In this document: piece by piece, positions 1-9,349 of the stretch
Layout of the letters: every line of letters begins with the position of its first letter
Numbering within the stretch: the stretch's first letter is position 1
Origin: a virus
Lineage: Duplodnaviria > Heunggongvirae > Uroviricota > Caudoviricetes
Virus record (IMG/VR): IMGVR_UViG_3300021255_001602
Location: 1 to 64,000 of that record
Strand: one strand, 5' to 3'
Length of the DNA: 64,000 bases
The notes under the pieces: model-generated
What the model saw: the letters and a program-made list of their open reading frames with translations, nothing else
Told to the model about the DNA's origin: nothing
Databases searched by the model: none
Position numbers and translations under genes: made by a program

Positions 1-127
1 TTTAAAGAACACGGATTCTTATTTAATTTTAAGCGTCACCTGACCAATGAACAGATACATGTGATCCGACCTGTGGTCGAGGACAATTGGGATAGAATAA
101 TTAAGACAAACAGATGGGAGTTACAAG

Positions 128-364
128 ATGAGTTTGAAAGATAATGTATTAAACGCACGAGATATGCATGCAGTAACTAAAGTAATGAAAACACAGCTCA
201 TAGATACTAGTATTTATAATAATATTAGGAAACGAGCACTCGATGAATACTCTTATTATGTAACGAGTCATATTTCACCTGAAACAATTGCCTCATTAAG
301 AATACTGGGCTATAAGGTAACTGAGAGCCAAAGTGACGTTAGATGGGTGGTGATCGAGTGGTGA
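128..364 (+). CDS. small protein, member 1 of a 4-gene tandem paralog array (C-terminal LGYKV..W.V.EW motif)
   Basis: 78-aa ORF; clear similarity to ORFs at 343, 604, 841 (shared ...L(R/K)xLGYxV...W(V/I)(V/I)(E/R)W C-terminus); stop overlaps next start. Confidence 0.5.
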   Translation: MSLKDNVLNARDMHAVTKVMKTQLIDTSIYNNIRKRALDEYSYYVTSHISPETIASLRILGYKVTESQSDVRWVVIEW

Positions 365-594
365 GATTAGAATCGGCGCATAAAATGCATGAATTGGCCT
401 CTTCATATATTGAGCCGCATGAATTTGAAGATTACGTGCTTGAGGGTATCTATGAACAGGCAAAGCAAGGTAATTTTGTATATGGCTTTCAGGGTGAGTT
501 AAGCGAACCAATTATAGAGCAATTAAGAAAAATGGGCTATATAGTGGACGTGCGAAAGATATGTGATAAGACATTTACAAAGATTGGATGGTGA
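343..594 (+). CDS. small protein, paralog array member 2 (true start uncertain; in-frame ATG at 385 also possible)
   Basis: ORF track; AKQGNFVYGF...LRKMGYIVD...IGW aligns with member 4 AKQGEFEYSF...LKELGYDVQ...IRW. Confidence 0.45.
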   Translation: MGGDRVVRLESAHKMHELASSYIEPHEFEDYVLEGIYEQAKQGNFVYGFQGELSEPIIEQLRKMGYIVDVRKICDKTFTKIGW

Positions 595-603
595 GATATA
601 GAT

Positions 604-831
604 ATGAGTGTTACGGCAGAAAATTTAAGAAGGGTAGCTGATATAGTTAATGAATATGAAGAAGGTGATAATATTTTAAAAGAAATTAAAGAGCGCGCAT
701 TAAACGGGTATTACAACTATGCTTGCTATGACATTCTTACAAAGGATGAAAATAAATTGTTAAAATTGTTAGGATTTAAGGTAACAACCGGACAGAACGC
801 TGAAAATCATTGGTTTGTAGTTGAATGGTGA
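604..831 (+). CDS. small protein, paralog array member 3
   Basis: 75 aa; ends ...LLGFKVTTGQNAENHWFVVEW; ATG 9 nt after previous stop (TGGTGAGATATAGATATG). Confidence 0.5.
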   Translation: MSVTAENLRRVADIVNEYEEGDNILKEIKERALNGYYNYACYDILTKDENKLLKLLGFKVTTGQNAENHWFVVEW

Positions 832-840
832 GGTGAAGAT

Positions 841-1068
841 ATGAGTTTTAAAACAGCTGCCATGATGCGAGAAATAGCAGAAAAATTTATTGATTCTCAT
901 ATTGGAGAAATGGTAGAACGGATGGAAGAATGCGCAAAACAAGGGGAATTTGAATATTCTTTTGAAGGATCATTGACCGCTCTTCAGATAAAGAAGCTTA
1001 AAGAATTGGGCTATGATGTGCAGACAGGAAATCAGTACAATCAGCCGTGGGTTATTATAAGGTGGTAA
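841..1068 (+). CDS. small protein, paralog array member 4
   Basis: 75 aa; ends ...LKELGYDVQTGNQYNQPWVIIRW; same spacing pattern TGGTGAGGTGAAGATATG. Confidence 0.5.
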   Translation: MSFKTAAMMREIAEKFIDSHIGEMVERMEECAKQGEFEYSFEGSLTALQIKKLKELGYDVQTGNQYNQPWVIIRW

Positions 1069-1082
1069 TGAGGATATATAAT

Positions 1083-1289
1083 ATGAAAGAACTTAATCAA
1101 TATCAGTGTGAAATCTGTGGCATTGTATATAGAGATCGGTCTGCCGCAGAAAAATGTGAGGCTGCACACATCTTACCAAAAGCAAGGAAACCAATTACAG
1201 GATATAAGTTTTATAAAGAACAAAAGTATCCTGAATATATTATGATTGAATTTGAAGATGGGTCAATTGGGAAATATAAAAGGGCTTGA
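1083..1289 (+). CDS. small zinc-ribbon protein (CEICG...CEAAH)
   Basis: in-frame ATG at 1083 with GAGGA RBS; CxxC plus CxxxH motif. Confidence 0.45.
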   Translation: MKELNQYQCEICGIVYRDRSAAEKCEAAHILPKARKPITGYKFYKEQKYPEYIMIEFEDGSIGKYKRA

Positions 1290-1314
1290 AATGAGCATAA
1301 AAATATGCTATATT
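1286..1314 (+). promoter_or_regulatory. sigma-A-like promoter TTGAAA-17-TATATT with palindromic spacer GCATAAAAATATGC
   Basis: -35 TTGAAA at 1286, -10 TATATT at 1309, 17-nt spacer containing a perfect palindrome (possible operator); 19 nt upstream of gene at 1333. Confidence 0.45.
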
Positions 1315-1332
1315 ATGAGAGGTGATAATTAA

Positions 1333-1641
1333 ATGTCCGATAAATATGTTAAACTCGATGATGTTATTAAAATGTTTTGTTCGATTGAATGTGGCTACGC
1401 TCCTTCTCCTTGTGTAATTGATGAAGAATGTGCAGATATTAAGCGATTCCGCTCATTATCAACTATTGATGTTGAAACAGACAAACATCATTATTGTGAG
1501 TTTTGCGCAAATCATGAAGATGGTGACACTTTATATGAAATGAATGATTGGGATGGTGGTATCGGTTTTGATTATATTAGAGATATTCATTACTGCCCTA
1601 TTTGTGGTAAGAAACTGAAAGAGGAAAAACTGGAGTTTTAA
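1333..1641 (+). CDS. Cys-rich zinc-binding small protein (several CxxC pairs)
   Basis: 102 aa; CSIEC, CVIDEEC, CEFC, CPIC motifs; strong RBS GAGAGGTGA. Confidence 0.45.
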   Translation: MSDKYVKLDDVIKMFCSIECGYAPSPCVIDEECADIKRFRSLSTIDVETDKHHYCEFCANHEDGDTLYEMNDWDGGIGFDYIRDIHYCPICGKKLKEEKLEF

Positions 1642-1642
1642 T

Positions 1643-1834
1643 ATGATAGTCCATTGTAGAAATTGTAAAAATAGATACACAACTGACTGTCCTATGCTTT
1701 TTGAAGAATATGTGGAATGGGACGATGATGGTTATCATGAAAGCGATTATGTCGTACATGATAATACTGTAGATGCAGGATTTTGTGATCGTAGCGTATT
1801 AGATGAAAACGAGGGAAATATATATGCAACATAA
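1643..1834 (+). CDS. Cys-rich small protein
   Basis: 63 aa; CRNCKN...C...C; start 2 nt after previous stop. Confidence 0.4.
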   Translation: MIVHCRNCKNRYTTDCPMLFEEYVEWDDDGYHESDYVVHDNTVDAGFCDRSVLDENEGNIYAT

Positions 1835-2162
1835 TACTAAAGCAGATGACATTCAATTTTATATTCCACCTAATATTACGGTGCCGACAGGCTTGGTATT
1901 AATGGTAGATGGCATCCGTGTGGATTATGAGCATTATTATTATACAGAAGTATTTGATTTCTATATTGATACAACTGATAAAGAACTAGCTATGAAAATT
2001 GCTAATAAGATTGTTGCGCGTATTCAAAAAGAACATAACGATTTTAAACATGGTGTGACATGGCGTACTATTTATTTAAAGATAGTTACAGAAGATGATT
2101 ATATCGAGAGATACGGTATTATACGGATTATGTGGAAATATAGAGTAAAGGACAGCTATTAA
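1824..2162 (+). CDS. hypothetical protein
   Basis: in-frame ATG 1824 with GAGGG RBS (track start 1803 overlaps the upstream gene). Confidence 0.45.
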   Translation: MQHNTKADDIQFYIPPNITVPTGLVLMVDGIRVDYEHYYYTEVFDFYIDTTDKELAMKIANKIVARIQKEHNDFKHGVTWRTIYLKIVTEDDYIERYGIIRIMWKYRVKDSY

Positions 2163-2163
2163 C

Positions 2164-2577
2164 ATGAAAAATAAACAAGATACAATTAAATTGTTAAATG
2201 ATTTAAGACAAGACCTGATGTTGGAATATCGATCTAATCCGCTGTTATATAAGAATCCACCATATCCTAAAATTGAGGCACTTGATCAGGCAATTAATGC
2301 ATTGTGCGTGCTGGGACAGGTCGTTTGGGAACGTGATGTAGCTATCCAGCAGCTTGATGAATTAGGATACGGTCTGGCTGAGCGGACAAATGATAAGTAT
2401 AAATGTGACTTGTGCCTGTCCGCTGAAGACTTCACATGTGGAACGATGATGCTTACAAAAGCTGAATATAATACAGTAAAGCGAGTGACTAATCCAAATA
2501 ATTGGGATGATCTAGATGCAAATATGTGGAGTGGCCTTTTTAGCATTGAATGTGAGGAATTAGAGGAAAATGGCTGA
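2164..2577 (+). CDS. hypothetical protein (137 aa)
   Basis: ORF track; start 2 nt after previous stop. Confidence 0.45.
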   Translation: MKNKQDTIKLLNDLRQDLMLEYRSNPLLYKNPPYPKIEALDQAINALCVLGQVVWERDVAIQQLDELGYGLAERTNDKYKCDLCLSAEDFTCGTMMLTKAEYNTVKRVTNPNNWDDLDANMWSGLFSIECEELEENG

Positions 2578-2833
2578 ATATATAAAAAAGGAAGACGTAC
2601 TTGATGAAGCATATTGGCATGGTGATAGATATACCATGCAGAATCCTTATCCTAGCGGTGTAGAAGCAGTGGATGTAGAAGATATTGAGAAGATAGAAAC
2701 TATTAATATCGTAAAATGCAAAGATTGTAAATACCATATTTATGATGAAGATTTATGTTCTGACTGGTGTGAACACCCGTTTATGGCTGGAATAGTAAAA
2801 CCTGATTTTTATTGTGCTTGTGGACAGGAGTGA
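2570..2833 (+). CDS. hypothetical Cys-rich protein (CKDCKYH...CSDWCEH...CAC)
   Basis: 87 aa; ATGA overlap with upstream gene. Confidence 0.4.
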   Translation: MAEYIKKEDVLDEAYWHGDRYTMQNPYPSGVEAVDVEDIEKIETINIVKCKDCKYHIYDEDLCSDWCEHPFMAGIVKPDFYCACGQE

Positions 2834-2838
2834 AAGTT

Positions 2839-3108
2839 ATGAGAATTATCGATGCAGATGAACTTATAGAGCACGTATGGAGAGATAGACTTGATAGTCG
2901 TGAACGAATAGCGAATCTTGTTGAGTCAATGCCTACTGTGAAAGAAACAGAAGGGGTCTGGATAGTAGGTAAATTTACTGAGGACGCTCGTAAATATACT
3001 GATCGGTCATATAGATGCAATGAATGTAAGACATTTAGTTTTTTTGCAAGTAATTATTGTCCTAATTGTGGGACGAAAATGAAAGGGGTAAAGGTTATTG
3101 TAATATGA
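2839..3108 (+). CDS. small protein with C-terminal zinc ribbon (CNEC...CPNCG), paralog of 3105..3401
   Basis: ATG at 2839; N-terminal IIDADELIE and C-terminal CxxC-x-CxxC pattern mirrored in next gene. Confidence 0.45.
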   Translation: MRIIDADELIEHVWRDRLDSRERIANLVESMPTVKETEGVWIVGKFTEDARKYTDRSYRCNECKTFSFFASNYCPNCGTKMKGVKVIVI

Positions 3109-3401
3109 TTGAGTATATCAACAAACAAGCAGCAATCATTGAAATGATGGATAATGATATCGATCATACACAAGGAACAGATGGCAGAGAAGTTGTGCAG
3201 ATTTTAGAGGATATGCCCGCCGCAGATGTGACTCCGGTGGTACATGGGAGATGGTTGTCGATTGTATCATACAACAACACATATAAATGCTCAGAGTGCG
3301 GAAGGCTTCTTGTGGATATTGCGGACGGATTAAAGATGGTTGCCAAACATTATCCGTACTGTCACTGCGGGGCAAAGATGGACTCACAGGGAGAGGAGTG
3401 A
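3105..3401 (+). CDS. small protein with C-terminal zinc ribbon (CSECG...CHCG), paralog of 2839..3108
   Basis: ATG at 3105 overlapping upstream stop; similar architecture to previous gene. Confidence 0.45.
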   Translation: MIEYINKQAAIIEMMDNDIDHTQGTDGREVVQILEDMPAADVTPVVHGRWLSIVSYNNTYKCSECGRLLVDIADGLKMVAKHYPYCHCGAKMDSQGEE

Positions 3402-3453
3402 GCAGGATGGATTTCATTGAAAGATGTAATTCGGATATAAGGAGGCATAGGAT

Positions 3454-3735
3454 ATGACGATAGACGAAGCGATTATTCATTGTGAGGAAGTGGCTATTCG
3501 AAACCTTAAAAATGAAAACAATGCAAAGTGTGTTCAGTGTGGAGAAGAGCATGTTCAACTTGCAAAATGGCTTAAAGAACTTAAGGACTATAAAAACAGG
3601 GAAGATATTGTGGAGGTGATCAGATGCCGTTATTGCAAGCATTTTATGTCGCCTCACGCTTGTTCACATGATGACGGCATGATTACAGCACAGTCGAACG
3701 GATTTTGCAGTTACGGCGAAAGGAAGGAAGAATAG
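3454..3735 (+). CDS. zinc-ribbon small protein (CVQCG...CRYCKH)
   Basis: 93 aa; RBS GGAGG 8 nt upstream. Confidence 0.45.
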   Translation: MTIDEAIIHCEEVAIRNLKNENNAKCVQCGEEHVQLAKWLKELKDYKNREDIVEVIRCRYCKHFMSPHACSHDDGMITAQSNGFCSYGERKEE

Positions 3736-3920
3736 GATTGAACAATAATATTTTTACCGCAATCGGATTATTTATTACATCAGCACTCTCTTTTGCATTT
3801 GTAATAGCATGTTTTGGTGGTGTTGTAACTGATTTTGATAAAAATAATGCTTGGGGCATATTTGCGTGGTTTATGGGGTCTATAATATATGGTATTACCT
3901 TTGCGGTGTTTTGCATGTAA
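3705..3920 (+). CDS. small two-TM membrane protein (holin-like size; start uncertain, possibly TTG 3739)
   Basis: hydrophobic segments FTAIGLFITSALSFAFVIACFGG and GIFAWFMGSIIYGITFAVF. Confidence 0.3.
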   Translation: MQLRRKEGRIGLNNNIFTAIGLFITSALSFAFVIACFGGVVTDFDKNNAWGIFAWFMGSIIYGITFAVFCM

Positions 3921-4280
3921 GGAGTTAGAAGCATGGATATTACTGTTTTTATAGCATCACACGCCCATACAATAATTGGATTTGTAGCTGGTGCGTTGAT
4001 GTGGGACGCTGTGTCAGAAGTCCGTCCGAAAACTTGTGTCTGGGCACTTGCGTGCTTTGTAGTTGCAGTGTGTTTGGCGATCACATGATGGAGAGGAGTG
4101 ATAAGCATGAGATATAATGACCTTCCAGAGCAGTGTAAGTCCTGCCAAAACCTCAAAACGTGGGGACTCGATATGGGTGGCAATCATCTTGTTTCATGCA
4201 AAAAAGGAAGTTGGCGATTTTACATAGAGTGTGACAAGTATGAAGAGGAAGCCGATGGATGAGTATAGTGACAGAAAGGA

Positions 4281-4487
4281 GTGAGAAGCATGACATTAAA
4301 AAAGTTGATTAAGCAATTAAAAGATATGGAAACTCTTTATCAAGATGCGGTAATAACGGTTACGAATGAAAATGGAGAAGAATATTATATTACTTCAATA
4401 CAGGGATTTTATGGAGAAGTAAGACCACATGAATGTCCCGATCCGCATGTGGTAAATTTTAATATTAAAAGAATGAACAATAGATAA
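4281..4487 (+). CDS. hypothetical protein (68 aa)
   Basis: ORF track; RBS AAGGAGTGAG. Confidence 0.4.
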   Translation: MRSMTLKKLIKQLKDMETLYQDAVITVTNENGEEYYITSIQGFYGEVRPHECPDPHVVNFNIKRMNNR

Positions 4488-4498
4488 GGAGCAAGAGC

Positions 4499-4720
4499 AT
4501 GAAGAAAACTATTATAGCAATCATTGCATCTATCTTACTTGTTCTATCTCTCTGCGGATGGAAAGATGCTGAATATGGGTGGAGCAGGAATGATGATGTC
4601 ATAGTTTTTGTCGATGAGGCAACCAACGTTGAATATGTAGTAGTACGTGTGTCTCATGGTGTGGGCGTCTGTCCACGATATAATGCGGATGGAACGTTGA
4701 TGATCCACAAACAGAAATAA
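4499..4720 (+). CDS. putative lipoprotein (signal peptide plus lipobox LSLCG)
   Basis: MKKTIIAIIASILLVLSLCGW: positively charged N-terminus, hydrophobic core, L-S-L-C lipobox. Confidence 0.45.
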   Translation: MKKTIIAIIASILLVLSLCGWKDAEYGWSRNDDVIVFVDEATNVEYVVVRVSHGVGVCPRYNADGTLMIHKQK

Positions 4721-5245
4721 GGGGTAATGTATGGAATTTCTTAAAGCAATAATAGCTATGTGGCTATTTTCGGTTTTTATGTTGATTATGTTTTGTCATT
4801 CTACTAAGTTCCCGTCTCAGGATACACTAGTTTTGGCTCTTGCAATTGTGGCTGCGGGTGCATTAGCACATAGTGAAAAATAAGGAAAGAAATATATGAG
4901 TACTAAAAGCTGGGATTTAGTCATGTTTATTATAATTGTGCTTAATCTGTGGTGTTTAAATTTTAGAGAAAAAGATAATTTGGCAGGAATTCTAATGCAT
5001 ACAGGTGTTATTGTATTGGTAATTATTAATTTAGCATTAAATAATAGGGGGTAACATATGGCAAAAAAGAAGAAGCAGAAAATTAAGATTTATTTTTATG
5101 ATGGTAAGTCTGATATTATTCCACAGAAATATTGGGATGATTATGAAGTAAATGACGGGCTTTTTGTCGTAAAGAAGAATGAAGCATGGATCGCATTTTA
5201 TAATTTGAACATTATTGATTGTGTAGTGGTACATTGAGGTGTGAT

Positions 5246-6055
5246 ATGGGAACAAAATATATTATAGAGGTGGAAGACAAACCGTTTGAGCTGTTGAGTA
5301 AAGACGGTTTCACATCCGAAAAACTTTTTAGGGTAAAAGGGTTTAACAGTCTTGTGTTCGATTGGAATGGATTGAATATGCTAACGCCTTATACTGAATC
5401 CAATCTTGAGTTAATAAAGGAAAAGGCTCACACAAATGGGTACGGCGAAGGTTATCAAGATGGATACAGCGAAGGAATGAACGATTATTTACAAAACCCT
5501 GAAGTAAAGGAAGAATCGGATAGGGCATACGCACATGGCTACTCTGATGCAGAATCAAAGTTTAATGAAATTAGGAAAGAGGCATATGACAAAGGATTTG
5601 AGGACGGAAAAGAATTATGCCCTCTTCCAAAGGTTTGTCATAATAATGCTTATCAGAAGGGCTTGTCCGATGCTTGGGAGGCGGCGAGGAAGCTGTGGGA
5701 AATCGACATAAGTACATTACATAAGATTTTTTACAAAGAAACAAGAATGGACTGCTATATGTATTATACCGCCACTGACGTTGTTGCCAAAATCAAAGAG
5801 TATGAGGACAAGCAAGAGGAAATCAAGATTGGGAATGAAGTCAATGCGTTTGAAAAGAAACCGTTTATCGTGACAGGTTTTGGCTATGGCGACAATGAAG
5901 AAGACGTTTACTGTTACGGATTCGTAACGGAAAACGGGATATCCACAAGTGCCAAGAAGAATAGCTGCGTGAGGACAGGTCGCCATTTTCCTGAAATCGC
6001 CGCTATCTTTGAGAAAACGAGGAATGAGTCGAACGCACAAATTGACACTGAATAA
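5246..6055 (+). CDS. hypothetical protein (269 aa)
   Basis: long ORF; internal ATG 5246 likelier than track start 5219. Confidence 0.5.
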   Translation: MGTKYIIEVEDKPFELLSKDGFTSEKLFRVKGFNSLVFDWNGLNMLTPYTESNLELIKEKAHTNGYGEGYQDGYSEGMNDYLQNPEVKEESDRAYAHGYSDAESKFNEIRKEAYDKGFEDGKELCPLPKVCHNNAYQKGLSDAWEAARKLWEIDISTLHKIFYKETRMDCYMYYTATDVVAKIKEYEDKQEEIKIGNEVNAFEKKPFIVTGFGYGDNEEDVYCYGFVTENGISTSAKKNSCVRTGRHFPEIAAIFEKTRNESNAQIDTE

Positions 6056-6092
6056 TATTAAATTTAGTTGAACGAACAAGGGGGGATGATAT

Positions 6093-6437
6093 ATGATAAT
6101 TTCAGATCAACTTGAAGCACTAATAAAAAAATACGAGTGTGTACATATAGAACATGTAACTCCAAAAGAAGAATTGGATATTTGGGGTAAGACACTGAAC
6201 CCGCATAATTTAATTAATGAACATTCTAAGGATATTTATTATGACGATGAGATTGATCGTCTAACCATTAAGAGCGCTATGCATACCGCTATTATTAATG
6301 AGAAGGATGTGATTATTATTGAAGGATTTATTCCATCTAGAACGGTAATCTGTCCAAGTCGAGATTGGGAAGATGGTGTTACCGTTATTTTTGAACATAC
6401 AAATAATGCAACAACATCACTGGACTTCTTTAATTAA
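6093..6437 (+). CDS. hypothetical protein (114 aa)
   Basis: ORF track; RBS AAGGGGGGATGA. Confidence 0.45.
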   Translation: MIISDQLEALIKKYECVHIEHVTPKEELDIWGKTLNPHNLINEHSKDIYYDDEIDRLTIKSAMHTAIINEKDVIIIEGFIPSRTVICPSRDWEDGVTVIFEHTNNATTSLDFFN

Positions 6438-6627
6438 TCAAGGGGGCAACTATGTTCAAAATGTCTTCAAAGTTTTATCTTACTAAGTTTGCAACATGTG
6501 ATTCGTGTGGTAAAGCAAACGGTGCTGCTATAAAGACAGACATTATTAATGATAAGACAACCTACAAATTCTCCTTTATTTTATGTGAAAAATGTTGGAA
6601 ATCTTTAATTGACAGGAGATAATTAAA

Positions 6628-7002
6628 ATGTTAGTATATGTAATAGAAACGGGGCAATACAGTGATCGTCATGTGGTTGGCGTGACGGATAGTGAAGATA
6701 AAGCAAAAGAAATTTGCAAGGCAATTGAAGGGGGACGATTAATTTTTAAAAACAGCGCGACTTATACGCCATATGATACAGATCAATTTCAGACACAGAA
6801 GTTGCGATACACTGTAGATTTTAATGTGAAAAATGCCCCTGTCTGCGAATATGATTATGATGGATTCTATGATTATTATTATGAAAATGTAATGGAGTAC
6901 CCCGGCTTCTTCATTATTTATGCTGATACTCCAGAACAGGCAATTAAAATTGCATGTGACATGCGTGCTGAAGCGGAAGCAGAAAGGAATGGCCTATGTT
7001 AA
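6628..7002 (+). CDS. hypothetical protein (124 aa)
   Basis: ORF track; RBS GGAGATAA. Confidence 0.45.
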   Translation: MLVYVIETGQYSDRHVVGVTDSEDKAKEICKAIEGGRLIFKNSATYTPYDTDQFQTQKLRYTVDFNVKNAPVCEYDYDGFYDYYYENVMEYPGFFIIYADTPEQAIKIACDMRAEAEAERNGLC

Positions 7003-7247
7003 CTATTGAGGATATTAAGAATGGAATTCAGGATATCACGCTGTATTCTAAACATTTTGAGGGTAATAAAGAGGCTACTCTTCTCTTCTATTTTAATGTG
7101 TGTAAGGATGACGCATGGTATGAGGTTGAAGTAGGTGAATATGATCCATCTACGGATAGTTATCATGCTCTGGATGCACACAAATTCCGTTCAATTAAGA
7201 AAGCAATTGATTGGTGGAACAAGAATCTTGAGGGGGTTACAGAATGA
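6996..7247 (+). CDS. hypothetical protein (83 aa)
   Basis: overlapping start/stop with neighbours. Confidence 0.4.
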   Translation: MLTIEDIKNGIQDITLYSKHFEGNKEATLLFYFNVCKDDAWYEVEVGEYDPSTDSYHALDAHKFRSIKKAIDWWNKNLEGVTE

Positions 7248-7435
7248 CGTATAAAGAGCGGTATGAGCGTGATATGGATTATGCGTATGATCAGATTCAG
7301 AAAGCAACTGCTAATGCATGGAACCTGCCTGAATATAAAATGATTCAGGCATTAAATGTGGTTATGCGTTTAGTGGGCAGTACATATGAAATTGTTGCAG
7401 AGATTGGAGATAAACTAAATGGAGAATCAGAATAA
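7244..7435 (+). CDS. hypothetical protein (63 aa)
   Basis: ATGA overlap coupling. Confidence 0.35.
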   Translation: MTYKERYERDMDYAYDQIQKATANAWNLPEYKMIQALNVVMRLVGSTYEIVAEIGDKLNGESE

Positions 7436-7616
7436 AAAGCCAAATATTTATATTCCTCAGTGGCATGTAGAATCTATTTTATATTTTCTAAGAGGACATC
7501 TTATTGAGGGGGATTTAACTGCTAAGCAAATGGTATCAGCAATAGATAATTATTTAAGTGATGTAGAAAACGCAGAGACTGAAGAAATTGCAGTAACAAA
7601 GGAGAAGACAGTATGA
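7419..7616 (+). CDS. hypothetical protein (65 aa)
   Basis: ORF track. Confidence 0.35.
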   Translation: MENQNKKPNIYIPQWHVESILYFLRGHLIEGDLTAKQMVSAIDNYLSDVENAETEEIAVTKEKTV

Positions 7617-7706
7617 GTTTTATGATTGGATTCTTGTGTGGGGGATTTGTAACATTTGTTGGGGTGTTGGTTGGTCTTGTTATGTATCTTGAGAGAGAGG
7701 AAGCGA

Positions 7707-8207
7707 ATGAGGAATGATAGATTAGAAGTTTTAGTTCAGAAATATAAGGTAGAAGCAGATTGCCCTACTATTTTTTTGTCTGGTGCTATGACAGGATTGT
7801 CACAAAAAGAACAGACAGAATGGCGAGAAGTTCTAGAGAAACATTTTATGGGTCATTATCAATTCTTTGATCCAACTGTTTTTAATGCTGAGGACGAAAG
7901 TGATGAAGTTCAGCAGTTGGCTCATGAATATGATATTTGTGGAATTATTAATTGCAATTATTTTGTGGTGAATCTAAACAAAGCAAAAACATCTGTAGGT
8001 ACATGCCAAGAGATTATGTTGGCATGGCTACTAGGGAAAGAAATTATTGGATTTTTTGAAGAGCAGGATTTGGTTGAACCGCTTCATCCTTGGATTGAGA
8101 ACAAACTTAATAAGAAATTTGTAAGTATAAACACATTGATAATGTTCCTGACATTGGAATATTATAAGAAATGGTGGAAGGGAAGAAATGAAAGTAGAAG
8201 TATATAG
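7707..8207 (+). CDS. nucleoside 2-deoxyribosyltransferase-like protein
   Basis: IFLSGAMTG...VGTCQEIMLAWLLGKEIIGF resembles the NDT-family fold motifs (Rossmann-like, conserved Glu in the G-T-x-x-E-hG segment); internal ATG with GAGAGGAAG RBS. Confidence 0.45.
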   Translation: MRNDRLEVLVQKYKVEADCPTIFLSGAMTGLSQKEQTEWREVLEKHFMGHYQFFDPTVFNAEDESDEVQQLAHEYDICGIINCNYFVVNLNKAKTSVGTCQEIMLAWLLGKEIIGFFEEQDLVEPLHPWIENKLNKKFVSINTLIMFLTLEYYKKWWKGRNESRSI

Positions 8208-8433
8208 GAAGAGATTGATTAATAAGATTAAGTATTTTTTTAAGAGGTTATTTAATAAACAGTACCGTATTGAGTTGGGTAAAGAAGAGATGATTAAAAG
8301 ATGGCGTGCAAATCCTATGACTTTTGCACAGAATAGTTCGGGTAGTACTCTTCCACCCTTTGTGGGGCTGAGACTTAATGTAGCTGCTAAGATTATGGAG
8401 ATTGGAGATTGGAGAAATAGATATGGCAGATGA
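8188..8433 (+). CDS. hypothetical basic protein (81 aa)
   Basis: ORF track. Confidence 0.3.
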   Translation: MKVEVYRKRLINKIKYFFKRLFNKQYRIELGKEEMIKRWRANPMTFAQNSSGSTLPPFVGLRLNVAAKIMEIGDWRNRYGR

Positions 8434-8746
8434 CAAGAAACCTTTTAGAAAGTTGACATGGAGATTAGCCGCTATTGCACGTTGTAGACAATGCTCACTG
8501 AGTGCGGCAGAATCCAGAAAATGTACAGCAGAAGGGTGTGCTCTTTGGCCTTTTCGAACTGGTAAACCACCCGCTGAGGACGTAAACGCCCTTGATTTGC
8601 TTATCTTTTCTGACGATCCGACATCTGTTATTTTCAGAGCACGTAAACCCAAAGATGAAAACGATGATGGTATTTCTACTGTTAGGACTGAGTATCCTGC
8701 ATATATTGAAGATGACGATGAAGAGGATGAGGTAGACGATGATTAA
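8423..8746 (+). CDS. hypothetical protein with acidic C-terminal tail (EDDDEEDEVDDD)
   Basis: ATG 8423; Cys pair CRQC...C..C. Confidence 0.4.
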   Translation: MADDKKPFRKLTWRLAAIARCRQCSLSAAESRKCTAEGCALWPFRTGKPPAEDVNALDLLIFSDDPTSVIFRARKPKDENDDGISTVRTEYPAYIEDDDEEDEVDDD

Positions 8747-9059
8747 TAAAATATGCGAAACATGTGATACCAGAAATAGGTTGTGTTTATGTAATGGTGT
8801 TGAAGGGGATTTTAAATATTGTTTTCGTAAGGTTGGGTCGGTATATGATTTACAAGAAACCATTACTCCTTTTAATAATTTAGATGAATTATTTTTAAAT
8901 AAATGCGATTATATTAGGGATTTGGATAGAGAAACCCTGTATCTCTCAGACGAATATTATGGTAATAGTAAACATATGAGATTGTTATTTGGACGATTTT
9001 TGGGGGATTCAGGTAATTCATATGATAAAGGATATCCAGTTGGATTTGTTATTTGCTAA
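8739..9059 (+). CDS. hypothetical protein (CETCD..C.CNG motif)
   Basis: ATGA overlap with upstream gene. Confidence 0.4.
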   Translation: MINKICETCDTRNRLCLCNGVEGDFKYCFRKVGSVYDLQETITPFNNLDELFLNKCDYIRDLDRETLYLSDEYYGNSKHMRLLFGRFLGDSGNSYDKGYPVGFVIC

Positions 9060-9066
9060 AAAATGC

Positions 9067-9094
9067 TTGACTTTATTACATAACCCGCTATAAT
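9067..9094 (+). promoter_or_regulatory. strong sigma-A-like promoter TTGACT-16-TATAAT
   Basis: -35 TTGACT at 9067, -10 TATAAT at 9089; followed by RBS and gene at 9136; marks a transcription-unit boundary. Confidence 0.6.
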
Positions 9095-9135
9095 AGTTTT
9101 TGACAGTTGATAATTAAATACGAGGTATTAACAAC

Positions 9136-9345
9136 ATGGAAACCGAAATGAAAAACTTGATTCAGACACTGGAAGACACTAATGCAAACCTCAAGGACAT
9201 TAAGGAAGCGCTCAAGCCACCTGATATCGAATATTCGATATCTGACTTAAAAAAACGTATTAAGTACAGTAAATCTCCGATGGAGAGAAAAATGTATGAG
9301 CAGGAACTTAATCGGCTTTATAAAAAGAGGAAAGGCATGCGGTAA
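9136..9345 (+). CDS. hypothetical coiled-coil small protein
   Basis: 69 aa, charged heptad-like sequence. Confidence 0.4.
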   Translation: METEMKNLIQTLEDTNANLKDIKEALKPPDIEYSISDLKKRIKYSKSPMERKMYEQELNRLYKKRKGMR

Positions 9346-9349
9346 TTAA

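Noticed and set aside
8248-8863. Minus-strand ORFs of 134 aa and 122 aa
   Set aside because: They overlap three + strand genes that show coupled start/stop codons. No RBS. Likely spurious.
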